From Collinsella sp. (GTDB lineage Bacteria > Actinomycetota > Coriobacteriia > Coriobacteriales > Coriobacteriaceae), in contig JAGZGX010000007.1 in NCBI GenBank assembly GCA_018367075.1, forward strand, positions 39,044 through 103,043: a DNA stretch of 64,000 nt, read 5' to 3'. Positions 18,754-28,792 of the stretch are shown piece by piece; position 1 is the stretch's first letter, and every line of letters begins with the position of its first letter. The notes under the pieces are model-generated. The model saw nothing but the letters and a program-made list of their open reading frames with translations. It was not told where the DNA came from and did no database searches. Made by a program: the position numbers and the translations under genes.

Positions 18754-19392
18754 TTGTTGGACAGCTATTTTACTCTGCAGTCGAATATTGAGGCTTCGGG
18801 CGAGTTTGTGGACCGCAAGAGCCGGTTTATTGCCCAGCTGGTCCATATTGAGTCCGAGGATGAGGCGAATGCCTTCATCGAGATGGTTCGCAAGCGTCAT
18901 TACGACGCTCGACATAATGTACCCGCGTGGATTTTGGTCGATGGACGCGAGCGCCAGAGCGATGACGGTGAGCCGAGCCGCACGAGCGGTATGCCGACGC
19001 TCGAGGTGTTGCGCGGTGCGGGACTCAAAAATGTTTGCTGCGTAGTGACGCGCTATTTTGGTGGCACGTTGTTGGGGCCTGGTGGCTTGGTACGCGCCTA
19101 TACCGCGGCGACGCAGACGGCGGTGGCCGCTGCTCAGGAGGCCGGGCAGATCGTCGAGATGACGAGCGTCGTGCCTGTTGACGTGCATGTGGCCTATCCG
19201 CAGTATGAGCAGGTGCTTCGTTTGGCGCAGGATTCGGGTGCCAAGGTTTCGGATACCGATTACGCGGATGCCGTGACACTTCATTTGGTGTTTAAAGCGG
19301 GGGAGCAGGAGCCGTTTTGCGCTAAGATGCGCGAGCTTATGGCGGGGCGCGAGGAGATTGAGGTCGGCGCTCCTGAATTTGCCGAGTTCTAA
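18754..19392 (+). CDS. yigZ: YigZ/IMPACT family protein.
   Basis: UPF0029 N-domain (SRFIAQL...HNVPAW) plus the C-terminal DUF1949-like region. Start codon is TTG at 18754 or 18757. Confidence 0.72.
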   Translation: MLDSYFTLQSNIEASGEFVDRKSRFIAQLVHIESEDEANAFIEMVRKRHYDARHNVPAWILVDGRERQSDDGEPSRTSGMPTLEVLRGAGLKNVCCVVTRYFGGTLLGPGGLVRAYTAATQTAVAAAQEAGQIVEMTSVVPVDVHVAYPQYEQVLRLAQDSGAKVSDTDYADAVTLHLVFKAGEQEPFCAKMRELMAGREEIEVGAPEFAEF

Positions 19393-19396
19393 CGGC

Positions 19397-19452
19397 GACG
19401 GCCGGCGTGCTTTTGGATGAATCCCAAGTGCGCCGGCCGTCGTTTTTCTGTT
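19397..19452 (+). terminator. yigZ intrinsic terminator.
   Basis: GACGGCCGGCG-loop-CGCCGGCCGTC followed by GTTTTTCTGTT. Confidence 0.75.
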
Positions 19453-19460
19453 GCCGCCGT

Positions 19461-19907
19461 TTACTCGGCGAGCTGCTTTAGCACATCGCAGGCGATCTCG
19501 ACGGCATCGTCGATGCAGCCGGGGCAGCTGCGGAGCGGACCCTTGTCCGATCCGATGCCCTTGAGCGTGCCGCAGACAGTCGTCGTGTTCTTCTCGCCAA
19601 AACGCTTGGCAATCTCGCGCGACAGCTTGTAGGTCTGGCCCTTGGTCTTGGGGTTTTCCATGCCGTCGCTCATCACGAAGCCCATGATGGCCACGGCGCC
19701 CGAGATGGCGCCGCAGGTCTCGGTCATGCCGCCCATGCCGGCGCCAAAGCCCTCGGTGAGGGTAAAGGCGACCTGGGGGTCGAGCCCGACGGCAGGCGCG
19801 AGCGTACAGGCGACGGCCTGTGCACAGTTAAAGCCACGGGCGTGGTATTCGGCAGCCTGAGCCTGACAGGCGGTGATGTCGAGCTGGGCCGTATCGATTT
19901 GCTTCAT
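19461..19907 (-). CDS. C_GCAxxG_C_C family (redox-active motif) protein, 148 aa.
   Basis: GFNCAQAVACTLAP (C-GCAxxG-C motif) and a downstream CGTLKG...CPGCID. The track ORF is trimmed to MKQIDTAQ, which has the SD GGAGACAACG. Confidence 0.7.
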   Translation of the reverse strand: MKQIDTAQLDITACQAQAAEYHARGFNCAQAVACTLAPAVGLDPQVAFTLTEGFGAGMGGMTETCGAISGAVAIMGFVMSDGMENPKTKGQTYKLSREIAKRFGEKNTTTVCGTLKGIGSDKGPLRSCPGCIDDAVEIACDVLKQLAE

Positions 19908-20137
19908 CGTTGTCTCCTTGGTCACGGTGTACCCGCCTATGGTACCCGTGCCGGTGCATGTAATCATCGAGAGCTTCATGTATGCCTCATTTTTATCTAT
20001 CGAGCAAATGTCCAAGGCTTGAGATAAATGCCCCGGATCAATTTGTCTCATAACCCACCTTGGGGATGGGTTGAGAGGGGTGCGGGGTAGCGGTATCGTG
20101 AACCGAATAAAACGTAACCCAGGCAAGGGAGCTAGAT

Positions 20138-21421
20138 ATGAGCGAGCAGACCATCGGTACTACATGTGTTCAGGGCGGCTATCACCCGGGAGATGCCGAG
20201 CCGCGCCAGGTGCCCATCTACCAGTCCACCACGTGGAAGTACGACACGTCCGAGCACATGGGCAAGCTGTTTGACCTGGAGGAGTCGGGCTATTTCTACA
20301 GCCGTCTGCAGAACCCCACGTGCGATCTGGTTGCCGCCAAGATCTGCGAGATGGAGGGCGGCACTGCCGCGATGCTCACGAGCTCGGGCATGGCTGCGAA
20401 CTTCCTCGCGATCTTTAACGTGGCCGGTGCCGGCGATCACGTGGTCGCGAGCTCTGCCATCTATGGCGGCACGTACAACTTGCTCGCCCACACCATGGGC
20501 CGTATGGGGCTGACCTGCACGTTCGTTGCCCCCGACTGCACTGATGAAGAGCTCGAGGCAGCCTTTGAGCCCAATACCAAGCTCGTCTTTGGCGAGACGA
20601 TCGCCAATCCCGCCCTTGCCGTGCTCGATATTGAGCGCTTTGCCAAGGCTGCGCATGACCACGGCGTGCCGCTGATGGTCGATAACACCTTCCCGACGCC
20701 CGTGATGTGCCGTCCCTTTGAATGGGGCGCCGACATCGTTACGCACTCCACTACCAAGTACATGGATGGACATGCTGCCTATCTGGGCGGCGTGATCGTT
20801 GACCATGGCCAGTTTGACTGGATGGCCCATGCGGACAAGTTCCCGGGTCTCACCACGCCCGACGAGAGCTACCACGGCGTGACCTATGCCGAGAGGTTCG
20901 GTCGCGAGGGCGCCTTCATTACCAAGGCTACCGCGCAGCTCATGCGCGATCTTGGTCCTATGCAGAACCCGCAGGCGGCGTTTTTCTTGAACAGCTCGCT
21001 CGAGAGCCTGCATGTGCGCATGCCGCGTCATTGCGAGAACGGCCTGGCCGTTGCCAAGTTCCTGCAGAGTCATCCCAAGGTGCGCTTCGTGAGCTATCCG
21101 GGCCTGGAGGGCGACAAGTACTATGACCTGGCTCAGAAGTACATGCCCAACGGTACCTGCGGCGTTGTGAGCTTTGGCTTTAACGGTGGTCGCGCGGCGG
21201 CCGAGACCTTTATGAAGAGCCTCAAGCTCGCCCAGATCGCCACGCACGTGGCCGACGCCCGCACTTGCTGCCTGCATCCTGCCAACGCCACGCATCGCCA
21301 GATGAACGATGAAGAGCTCATCGCCTGTGGCATTTCCGCCGACATGGTACGCCTGTCGTGCGGCCTCGAGGACACGGCCGACTTGATTGCTGACCTTGAG
21401 CAGGCGCTCGAGCAGTGCTAG
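20138..21421 (+). CDS. metY: O-acetylhomoserine sulfhydrylase / PLP-dependent Cys/Met-metabolism enzyme.
   Basis: IYQSTTW, HSTTKYMDGH (PLP lysine) and CGL/CBL-family length (427 aa). Confidence 0.82.
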   Translation: MSEQTIGTTCVQGGYHPGDAEPRQVPIYQSTTWKYDTSEHMGKLFDLEESGYFYSRLQNPTCDLVAAKICEMEGGTAAMLTSSGMAANFLAIFNVAGAGDHVVASSAIYGGTYNLLAHTMGRMGLTCTFVAPDCTDEELEAAFEPNTKLVFGETIANPALAVLDIERFAKAAHDHGVPLMVDNTFPTPVMCRPFEWGADIVTHSTTKYMDGHAAYLGGVIVDHGQFDWMAHADKFPGLTTPDESYHGVTYAERFGREGAFITKATAQLMRDLGPMQNPQAAFFLNSSLESLHVRMPRHCENGLAVAKFLQSHPKVRFVSYPGLEGDKYYDLAQKYMPNGTCGVVSFGFNGGRAAAETFMKSLKLAQIATHVADARTCCLHPANATHRQMNDEELIACGISADMVRLSCGLEDTADLIADLEQALEQC

Positions 21422-21557
21422 GCTAGCTCCTTACAAGGTGCCGATGCTGGCAGAAAGCTTCGGCGACCTTTCGTTCCGATTCCGTAGGCGGGACCCCAAT
21501 CGCGGCTGTTTGCAGGCGATTGGGGCCCCGTTTTTTTGCGTTGGGCCACTCGAAAGG

Positions 21558-22868
21558 ATGGATATGGAGAAAACTGCAGAGCAGCTGCGCCGCGAGCACA
21601 TTGCTCTAGAGGGCGACACCCATGGCAAGAACAAATGGGCGATTCTGTTTACCGTGCTCATCATGACGTTTATGGTGTGTCTGGATTCGACCGTCGTGAC
21701 CGTGGCGCTGCCCGTGATGCAAAAGGAGCTGGGCGTGGGCCTCGACCGCATCCAGCTGGTGAGTTCGGTGTATCTGCTTGCGACATGCGTGGCTATGTTG
21801 CCGTTTGGCCGTCTGGGTGATGTGCGCGGCAAGGTGAATGTGTTCCAGCTGGGCGTCATCGTCTTTTCGGTCGGTTCGCTGCTGTGCGGCCTTTCGGCCT
21901 CGCTCGAGGTTCTTATCCTGGCACGCATTGTTCAGGGCATCGGTTGCGCAGCGGCCATGGCTAACAACATGGGTATCATCACCGAATCGTTTCCGGCGCG
22001 CGAACGAGGTCGTGCCATGGGTATTCTCGCGACCTTTGTGGCCCTCGGCATGATGTGTGGCCCCGTGCTCGGCGGCATGCTGGTGACAAGCTTTCCCTGG
22101 GAGAGCATCTTCCTCATCAACCTGCCCATCGGCGTCATCTCGTTTATCGTGGGGCTCTACACGCTGCCGCATGTTAGGCCAGAGGCTGGCGAACGCCCCA
22201 TGCCCCTTGCCGAGGCTGCTCGCCGCTGTTTTGCAAATTCGGCCTTCACCATCAACCTTGTCTGCATGCTCATCGTGTTCGTTGGCATTGGCGCATCCGA
22301 GTTTATTCTGCCGTTCTATTTTCAGGACGCCCACGGCTTTGGTTCTGACATCTCTGGACTACTCTTTTTGGCGCTGCCGATGGTGAATGCCTTTATCGGC
22401 CCGCTTTCGGGTACGGTTTCGGACCGTGTTGGCTGCGAGGGCCCCACGGCAGTCGGCCTGGGCGTGTACGTATGCGGTCTTTTTGCGGTAAGCACGCTCG
22501 ACGAGCACTCTTCTATCCCTGTGATCGTGTGCTGCGTCGCGTTTATGTCGTGCGGTACGTCGATTTTCCAGAGCCCCAATAACTCGCTGTATATGGGCTC
22601 GTCTCCGCGCGAAGCACTCGGCTTTGCGGGCAGCTTGGGCAGTTTGGCGCGCTACGCGGGTATGGCAGTTGGCATTACGGCGGCATCGCATATCCTATAT
22701 GGGCAGATGAGCGTGGCGATGAGTGAGGCCGTGACCAGTTTTGTTGCAGGCCGTCCGGATGTGTTCCTGTTTGGTTTTCGTTCGGTGTTCTATGTGTTGA
22801 TGGCCGTGGCAGCCGTGGGCTTTGCGCTCGCCATGGTGCGTTTGGTGAGGATGCGCGCCCGCCATTAG
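21558..22868 (+). CDS. MFS transporter, DHA2 (EmrB/QacA) type with 14 TMS.
   Basis: LDSTVVTVALP and GRLGDxRG motifs. 436 aa. Start trimmed to MDMEKTAEQ with SD AAAGGA. Confidence 0.75.
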   Translation: MDMEKTAEQLRREHIALEGDTHGKNKWAILFTVLIMTFMVCLDSTVVTVALPVMQKELGVGLDRIQLVSSVYLLATCVAMLPFGRLGDVRGKVNVFQLGVIVFSVGSLLCGLSASLEVLILARIVQGIGCAAAMANNMGIITESFPARERGRAMGILATFVALGMMCGPVLGGMLVTSFPWESIFLINLPIGVISFIVGLYTLPHVRPEAGERPMPLAEAARRCFANSAFTINLVCMLIVFVGIGASEFILPFYFQDAHGFGSDISGLLFLALPMVNAFIGPLSGTVSDRVGCEGPTAVGLGVYVCGLFAVSTLDEHSSIPVIVCCVAFMSCGTSIFQSPNNSLYMGSSPREALGFAGSLGSLARYAGMAVGITAASHILYGQMSVAMSEAVTSFVAGRPDVFLFGFRSVFYVLMAVAAVGFALAMVRLVRMRARH

Positions 22869-23026
22869 CTTGTGGAGGCAGGCTTGCCACGAATCGGCCC
22901 ATCTACTGGTCTTGCGGCTTTATAGTGCGATGCGGCTTGTGGGACGGGCGGGGGTCGGTCCGTGGTAGACTATCGAACAACGTTTATTAATCGCGCGGTA
23001 TCGTTGCCGCGAGAAGGGGTTGCGCC

Positions 23027-23605
23027 ATGCAGGAGCTTGAGGATCGTATTCGCCATGACGGCATCGTAAAGGCCGGTAACGTCCTTAAGGTTGATGCCTT
23101 CCTCAACCACCAGTGCGACGTTGAGTTATTTGACCACATGGGTGCCGAGTGGGCCCGTCTGTTCGAGGGTGTCGAGATCAACAAGATTCTGACGATTGAG
23201 GCTTCGGGCATTGGCATGGCTTGCATTGCAGCCCAGCATTTTGGCGGCGTGCCGGTGGTCTTTGCCAAGAAGGCACAGTCCATCAACCTAGACGGCGAGC
23301 AGTATGCCACGACCATCTACTCCTTTACCAAGCAGAAGGAGTACCCGGTCATCGTTGGCAAGCGCTTCCTGTCTGAGGGCGACAAGGTCCTGATCATCGA
23401 CGACTTCTTGGCCAATGGCTGCGCGCTCGAGGGCCTTATCAAGATCTGCGAGGCTGCGGGTGCCGAGGTGTCCGGTATTGGCATTGCAGTGGAGAAGGGC
23501 TTCCAGGGCGGCGGCGATAAGCTCCGCGAGCGCGGCTTCCGCGTCGAGAGCCTGGCCCGTATTGCCGATATGGACTGCGAGACCGGCGAGATCACCTTCG
23601 CCTAA
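23027..23605 (+). CDS. xpt: Xanthine phosphoribosyltransferase.
   Basis: [18 protein letters not shown]-binding motif and overall Xpt collinearity. 192 aa. Confidence 0.88.
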   Translation: MQELEDRIRHDGIVKAGNVLKVDAFLNHQCDVELFDHMGAEWARLFEGVEINKILTIEASGIGMACIAAQHFGGVPVVFAKKAQSINLDGEQYATTIYSFTKQKEYPVIVGKRFLSEGDKVLIIDDFLANGCALEGLIKICEAAGAEVSGIGIAVEKGFQGGGDKLRERGFRVESLARIADMDCETGEITFA

Positions 23606-23634
23606 GCGCGCAACACAAGCGATTGGTATGCGAT

Positions 23635-23668
23635 GTGACAAAGGGCTTTCCCTTTGTCACATTTTTTG
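23635..23668 (+). terminator. xpt intrinsic terminator. It sits only 20 nt upstream of the arfB start.
   Basis: GTGACAAAGGG-CTTT-CCCTTTGTCAC followed by ATTTTTTGT. Confidence 0.75.
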
Positions 23669-23687
23669 TATGAGGGGAGGTGTTGAT

Positions 23688-24068
23688 ATGGACGAGAACA
23701 AGATGGGATGGCGCGAGTATGCGCGCTATGCCGAGATGTCGGCCGAGGAGTTGGCGCGCGATTGCGAGGTGCAGGTGTTTCGCGCGACTGGTCCGGGCGG
23801 ACAAGGCGTCAACACGACGGATTCGGCGGTGCGCATGAAACATATCCCTTCGGGAATTACCGTGACGGCGCGCGAGAGCCGCAGCCAGTTCCAGAACCGT
23901 ATCTGCTGTCTGCGTAAGCTGCGTGCAGAGCTTGAGCGTCGTGGCCGTCCGCCGCGCCGACGCGTAAAGACCAAGGTGCCTCAGCGCTCTCGCCAGCGCA
24001 GGCTCAATGACAAGCACTTCAACGCCATTAAAAAGGCCAACCGTCGCAAGCCGGGCGGGGAGGAATAG
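23688..24068 (+). CDS. arfB: Alternative ribosome-rescue factor ArfB (peptidyl-tRNA hydrolase with GGQ motif).
   Basis: [21 protein letters not shown] motif and a basic C-terminal tail ([16 protein letters not shown]...). SD GAGGGGAGG. Confidence 0.78.
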   Translation: MDENKMGWREYARYAEMSAEELARDCEVQVFRATGPGGQGVNTTDSAVRMKHIPSGITVTARESRSQFQNRICCLRKLRAELERRGRPPRRRVKTKVPQRSRQRRLNDKHFNAIKKANRRKPGGEE

Positions 24069-24077
24069 CCTCCTCGT

Positions 24078-24146
24078 AAGTTGCGGTGAAATAGGGACTG
24101 TTTATGCAGCTAAAGCCGTAAGACAGTCCCTATTTCACCGCAACTT
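24078..24146. repeat. Copy B of the 68-nt palindromic repeat, between convergent arfB and the dagK-like gene.
   Basis: Arms AAGTTGCGGTGAAATAGGGACTG / CAGTCCCTATTTCACCGCAACTT. Both arms carry the compensatory CG>GG change relative to the other copies. Confidence 0.8.
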
Positions 24147-24154
24147 AGGTGGGG

Positions 24155-25117
24155 TTAGCGGGTGGGGTGCCAGACCTCGAGGGCGCCGGCGAGGATGTCG
24201 ACCTCGATGCGTGAGGCGACAACGGGCTCGCCGTCGGCCTGGATGGGGTAGTCGGGCTCCTCCAAGGTGAGCGCGGCATGGCGGCATCGGCGCATGCGAA
24301 CCGGTGGCAACTTGGTATGGTGGCCGTCCTTAGCCGAAAGAAACATAGGCAGGGCAACCGCGCGAGGGACGGGGCCGCAGGCGTAGCAGACGTCGAGCAT
24401 GCCGTCGCAGGGGTCGGCATCGGGGCAGATACGATAGCCCGAGCCATACGTGGGGCCCAGCTGAATCGCCATGATGATCGCCCTCACGCGCTCGGCGGGC
24501 GCGTCGTCAAAGCTGGCTGTCATGGGGTAATTGCGATAGCGTAGGCCAAACTGCTCAAGTCCCGAGAGAGTGTAGAGCGGAGTGCCGGCGAGACCCGTCT
24601 TTTTGCGCAGCTCGGTGGTGCCCAGGCCGATGGCGGCATCGATGCCGATCGAAAGCGTCTGGTCGTAGTACTCAACGGAAGCCTCGCCGCTACCGCTTGC
24701 GGGGTTCCATGAGCGAATGCGCCCGATGTCCTGACGCTGCAGCTCGCAGGAGAGCAGCGCGCCAAAATCCTTACCGGAGAAATCGTCGATGCCGAGTGTT
24801 TGGGCAAAATCGTTGCCGGAGCCCACGGGTAGGATGGCGAGAGCGGGGCGGACCGCCTCATCCTGCGTCATAAGCCCGTTGACGACCTCGTGAATCACGC
24901 CGTCGCCGCCAAGGGCGATAACGGTGCGATAGCCCTGAGCCTGTGCGGCAAGCTCCTTGGCGTGTCCCATGCGCTCGGTTAGCACCAGGTCAAACTGGGA
25001 TGCGCGTGCAGTCATGTCCATAAAGCGTTGCAGGCGCTCGGCAACTTCGCGCGCCGCACCCAACTGGGCGGCTGGGTTGGCGATGATGAGCGTGAGGCCA
25101 AAATCAGTTGCGTGCAT
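24155..25117 (-). CDS. Diacylglycerol-kinase-family lipid kinase (YegS/DagK-like).
   Basis: IIANPAAQ...ALGGDGVIHEVVNGL is the DAGK catalytic motif. Start trimmed to MHATDFG. Confidence 0.7.
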   Translation of the reverse strand: MHATDFGLTLIIANPAAQLGAAREVAERLQRFMDMTARASQFDLVLTERMGHAKELAAQAQGYRTVIALGGDGVIHEVVNGLMTQDEAVRPALAILPVGSGNDFAQTLGIDDFSGKDFGALLSCELQRQDIGRIRSWNPASGSGEASVEYYDQTLSIGIDAAIGLGTTELRKKTGLAGTPLYTLSGLEQFGLRYRNYPMTASFDDAPAERVRAIIMAIQLGPTYGSGYRICPDADPCDGMLDVCYACGPVPRAVALPMFLSAKDGHHTKLPPVRMRRCRHAALTLEEPDYPIQADGEPVVASRIEVDILAGALEVWHPTR

Positions 25118-25204
25118 GGGGCGACTCCCGGCGTATGACGTGACGGTGCGGTCGCGCTCAGGTCGAATTGCCCCCGATTGTGGCTGCACGTCGAATACTT
25201 ACGT

Positions 25205-26626
25205 CTACTCTATCAGGTCGTTGTGGCGCTCGATAGCATCCGCTACCGTACCGCCCTCATCTACAATAAGCGAACGGCGCTTGGGCGAGATAATGCGCTG
25301 GGCGGGGTACACGCCGCGGTGTCCGGCGGTTAGGTAGCTGATAAAGGCCACGATGACAAAGAACCCGGCAGCCGTGCCGTGGAACAGGTCGATGGCCATC
25401 ATACAGGTGGTGATAGGCACGTTAAGGCCGGCGCAGAACACGCCGAGCATGCCCAGCGCTGCCAGAAAGCTGGGATCGATTCCGACGAGGCAACCTATCC
25501 AGCCGCCGAGCGCCGCACCGATGCCAAACAGGGGCGTGACCTCGCCGCCTTGGAAGCCCGCGCCCAGGGTAAGCGCTGTGACGACCAACTTGATGGCTGC
25601 GTCCGCCAGGGTGGTGTTGCCGGCAAATCCGGCGCCGGAAAGCCACGTGGAAAGGCCGGCGTAGTTCCAGGCGTCGAGGAGGGCATAGGCGGCCAAAACC
25701 ACGAGTGCGCCGATGAGTGCGCGAACGAGGTAATTGGTGATAAAGCGACCGTAGAGGCTCTTGACGGTTCGAACCGACCAGGCAAAGAGGCGTGCCGTCA
25801 GACCGAAGATAATTGCGCTGATAACAACGATGACGACCGTTTTGGGCGTCATAGCGGGAACGCTGGCGATGACATTCGCCTCGTACTCGGTACCTAGGGC
25901 GAGTGATGTAAAGTAGCCGGTAAACGAGGCGACCAGGCAGTAGATGCCCGCGGTGTAGTCGATCTTGCCGATAAAGCACATCTCCATGCCAAAGAAAGCC
26001 CCGGCAAGGGGCGAGCCGAATACGGCGCCAAAGGCCGACGAGATGCCGGCGAGCATGAGGTCGTGGTGGTCATGCTTTTTGAGGTGGGCGAGGCTCGAGA
26101 TGTTGCTGGCGATGGTGCCGCCAATCTGCACCGCAGCTCCCTCGCGACCGGCCGATCCGCCCGTTAGGTGCGTGAGCGTGGAGCAGACGAAGGTGAGGAC
26201 GGCCATGCGCATATGGATGAGGCGGGTGCCCAGAGCGGAGTCGATGACCAGGTTGTTACCGCGTTTGGCGGCGAGACCGTGGTTTTTGTACACCCATGCG
26301 GTGACAACGCCCACAACGGGAAGCAGCGCGTAAATCCACGCATGCTGCTCGCGATAGTCGGTCGCGATATTCAACGAGGCCAAAAACGCCCAAGCGGCAA
26401 CGCCCATGGCGAGCGAGACGATGACGACGAGTGCGAGCAACTTGGCGCTCGCGAGTAGGTTGCGGGCGTTGCGGCGCGTGTCGGCAGCCAAGAGATGCTC
26501 AGAGCGGGTGAGCTGATGCCTGCCTGCCGCGATGACGTCGTTCAGAGAGAAAAAACCGCCTTCGTCGAGCGGCTGGGAATGATCCTGCGCTTCGTTTGCG
26601 CTTTCGGGTTTGTCGTTATGAGCCAT
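25205..26626 (-). CDS. ClC-family H+/Cl- exchange transporter.
   Basis: GSAGREGAAVQIGG (GREGx selectivity motif), GxFxP-like and multiple TMS. Start trimmed to MAHNDKPE with SD AAGAGGA. Confidence 0.78.
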   Translation of the reverse strand: MAHNDKPESANEAQDHSQPLDEGGFFSLNDVIAAGRHQLTRSEHLLAADTRRNARNLLASAKLLALVVIVSLAMGVAAWAFLASLNIATDYREQHAWIYALLPVVGVVTAWVYKNHGLAAKRGNNLVIDSALGTRLIHMRMAVLTFVCSTLTHLTGGSAGREGAAVQIGGTIASNISSLAHLKKHDHHDLMLAGISSAFGAVFGSPLAGAFFGMEMCFIGKIDYTAGIYCLVASFTGYFTSLALGTEYEANVIASVPAMTPKTVVIVVISAIIFGLTARLFAWSVRTVKSLYGRFITNYLVRALIGALVVLAAYALLDAWNYAGLSTWLSGAGFAGNTTLADAAIKLVVTALTLGAGFQGGEVTPLFGIGAALGGWIGCLVGIDPSFLAALGMLGVFCAGLNVPITTCMMAIDLFHGTAAGFFVIVAFISYLTAGHRGVYPAQRIISPKRRSLIVDEGGTVADAIERHNDLIE

Positions 26627-26836
26627 ACGTTCCTCTTTTAGGTTGCAACGCAAGCATTATAAAACGCGGTAAACGCGACGAGCCGGTGGGTTGGTTTCCG
26701 TTCTGTTTCGCGGCCTGCAACTGACAGGTGTATTTGCGGGTGCAGGCCGAGTCGCGGTCGTGCGTCGGGGGATTATACTGAGACAAGCATAAAGAATCGG
26801 CGCCCCTGTTGTGCGCCGTGGCATTAAGAGGTGCAT

Positions 26837-28099
26837 ATGGCAGAGAAACTCATTCCGCTGGAGGACGCGCAGTCGATTGTCCTGTCGCACGTTGCTCCGA
26901 CCGATCTCGTCGAGATTCCCGTGTGGCAGGCCGCCGGTCTTCCCTTGGCCGAGGACGCGGTGGCCGATATCGACATCTCGCCGTTTGCCAACAGCGCCAT
27001 GGACGGGTATGCCGTGCGCTCGGCGGACTTGGCGCAGGCATCTGGCGAGGCGCCGGTGACGCTCGATGTTATCGGACATGAGGCCGCGGGTCATGTGTTT
27101 GGGGACGCAATCGGCGCGGGCGAGACGGTCCGCATCATGACGGGCGCGCCGGTGCCCGAGGGTGCCGATGCCGTGGTGAAGTACGAGATCGTCGATGTGC
27201 TCGACGGTGACGGCAACGAGGGCTCGCGTGTGAGGTTTTTGGCGCCGGCCAAGGTGGGGAAGAACGTTCGCTCTGCCGCCGAGGAGGCCCATGCCGGCGA
27301 AGTCGTGATGCGTGCTGGCGAGGTTGTGACTCCGGCCGGCGCCGGCCTGCTGGCAAGCGCCGGTTACGCGAGCGTGAAGGTCCATGCCGCTCCGCGCGTG
27401 GGCATTATCTCGCTGGGCACGGAGCTGGTCGCGCCGGGTGAGCTGCCGGCGCGCGGGCAGATTCGCGACTCCAACTCCTCGGCGCTGATGGCCGAGGCGC
27501 TCGATGCCGGCGCCGAGCCCGTGTTCTACGGTATTGCGCCCGACGATGAGCAGGCGATTGGCGAGCTGGTGCATCGCGCCACGCGAGAGTGCGATTTTGT
27601 CATTACGAGCGGCGGCGCCTCGGCGGGCGATTACGACTACGTGACGGCGCTCGTCCGGCGCGAGGGCGTGGTGCTGTTCGATCGCATCTCGATGCGTCCG
27701 GGCAAGGCCATCACGTTTGGCTTGCTCGGGGGCAAGCCCTACCTAGGGCTTTCAGGCAATCCGGCCGCGGCGTATGTGGGCTTTGAGATGCTCGCCCGCC
27801 CGGCGATTCGCAAGATGCGCGGCTTTGCCGAGGGTACGCGTCCCGTGCAGCAGGCGACGCTCACGCACGGCGTGAAAAAGCGACAGCATCGCCGCTTCTT
27901 CGATCGCGCCACGGTTTTGCGCGACCCCGAGACCGGTGAGTTGTTGGTGACCGAGGCTAAGACACAGAATTCGGCGTTGCTTGGAACTATGCAGCGTGCG
28001 AACTGCCTGTTGCGTATTGACGAAGGACCGTGCGAGCTCAAGGCGGGAGATGCCGTGGACGTTGTTCGCGTCGACCTGCCCGAGGGCGCCGTGTTGTAG
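26837..28099 (+). CDS. moeA: Molybdopterin molybdotransferase MoeA.
   Basis: PFANSAMDGYAV and GGASAGDYD motifs. SD AAGAGG 5 nt before the ATG. Confidence 0.88.
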   Translation: MAEKLIPLEDAQSIVLSHVAPTDLVEIPVWQAAGLPLAEDAVADIDISPFANSAMDGYAVRSADLAQASGEAPVTLDVIGHEAAGHVFGDAIGAGETVRIMTGAPVPEGADAVVKYEIVDVLDGDGNEGSRVRFLAPAKVGKNVRSAAEEAHAGEVVMRAGEVVTPAGAGLLASAGYASVKVHAAPRVGIISLGTELVAPGELPARGQIRDSNSSALMAEALDAGAEPVFYGIAPDDEQAIGELVHRATRECDFVITSGGASAGDYDYVTALVRREGVVLFDRISMRPGKAITFGLLGGKPYLGLSGNPAAAYVGFEMLARPAIRKMRGFAEGTRPVQQATLTHGVKKRQHRRFFDRATVLRDPETGELLVTEAKTQNSALLGTMQRANCLLRIDEGPCELKAGDAVDVVRVDLPEGAVL

Positions 28100-28109
28100 G
28101 AGGAATGCT

Positions 28110-28589
28110 ATGGAGCTGAAGACATCGATCGTGACGTGCTCGGATACGCGCGATCTTGCCCAGGACGAGGCTGGAGCCGCACTCGAGGAACTTATCGAGG
28201 CACAGGGCTGGACGGTCGCCTCACATGTGGTCGTGCGCGACGACGTCAGCGAGATTGGTGATGCCATTGTGGAAGCTGCCGATGAGTGCCACGCCAATGT
28301 CGTGCTCACCTGCGGCGGCACGGGGCTTTCGATGCGAGATGTGACGCCCGAGGCGACGCGTGCCGTCTGCGACCGCGATGTGCCGGGTATTGCAGAGGCA
28401 ATCCGCGCGTATTCGATGACCAAGACGCGCCGCGCCATGCTCTCGCGCGCTATTTGCATGCAACGAGGTCATACACTTGTCGTAAACTTTCCCGGTTCTA
28501 CGAAGGCCGCCCGCGAAAGCTGGGAGGCCATAGCAGACCAGCTGGAGCATGCGGCTCAGATGACAGCTGGCGGCGGACATACCAACTAA
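28110..28589 (+). CDS. mogA: Molybdopterin adenylyltransferase MogA/MoaB family.
   Basis: LTCGGTGLSMRD and a GSTKA-like C-terminal motif. 159 aa. Confidence 0.78.
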   Translation: MELKTSIVTCSDTRDLAQDEAGAALEELIEAQGWTVASHVVVRDDVSEIGDAIVEAADECHANVVLTCGGTGLSMRDVTPEATRAVCDRDVPGIAEAIRAYSMTKTRRAMLSRAICMQRGHTLVVNFPGSTKAARESWEAIADQLEHAAQMTAGGGHTN

Positions 28590-28792
28590 GCGGTTTAACT
28601 GCGGCGGGGCGACCTGAACGGCTGCTCCGCCTTTGTTTTCCGCCGAAGCGACGCCGAGATGCACGGTAATTCGGAACTATATTCTCTGACGAGAATAATT
28701 TCTCACTATCATTATTCGCGCAGAAGTATAATCTGATTGCAGATTAAAGCCCGCGGTGGGGTACCCGGGCATAGCGTTCGAAAGGGTTGAAC

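Noticed and set aside
22869-23026. A purine riboswitch upstream of xpt, and a SAM riboswitch upstream of metY (19908..20137).
   Set aside because: I inspected both leaders for the conserved purine-aptamer core (UAUA...UGGCCC...CCGUAAAU...GACUAUG) and the SAM-I/SAM-IV cores. Neither leader contains them. Only generic hairpins are present.
26654-26836. A molybdenum-cofactor (Moco) riboswitch upstream of moeA.
   Set aside because: The divergent clc/moeA spacer has some GC-rich pairing potential, but I could not recognise the conserved Moco-motif core by eye. It is not claimed; a covariance-model scan would settle it.
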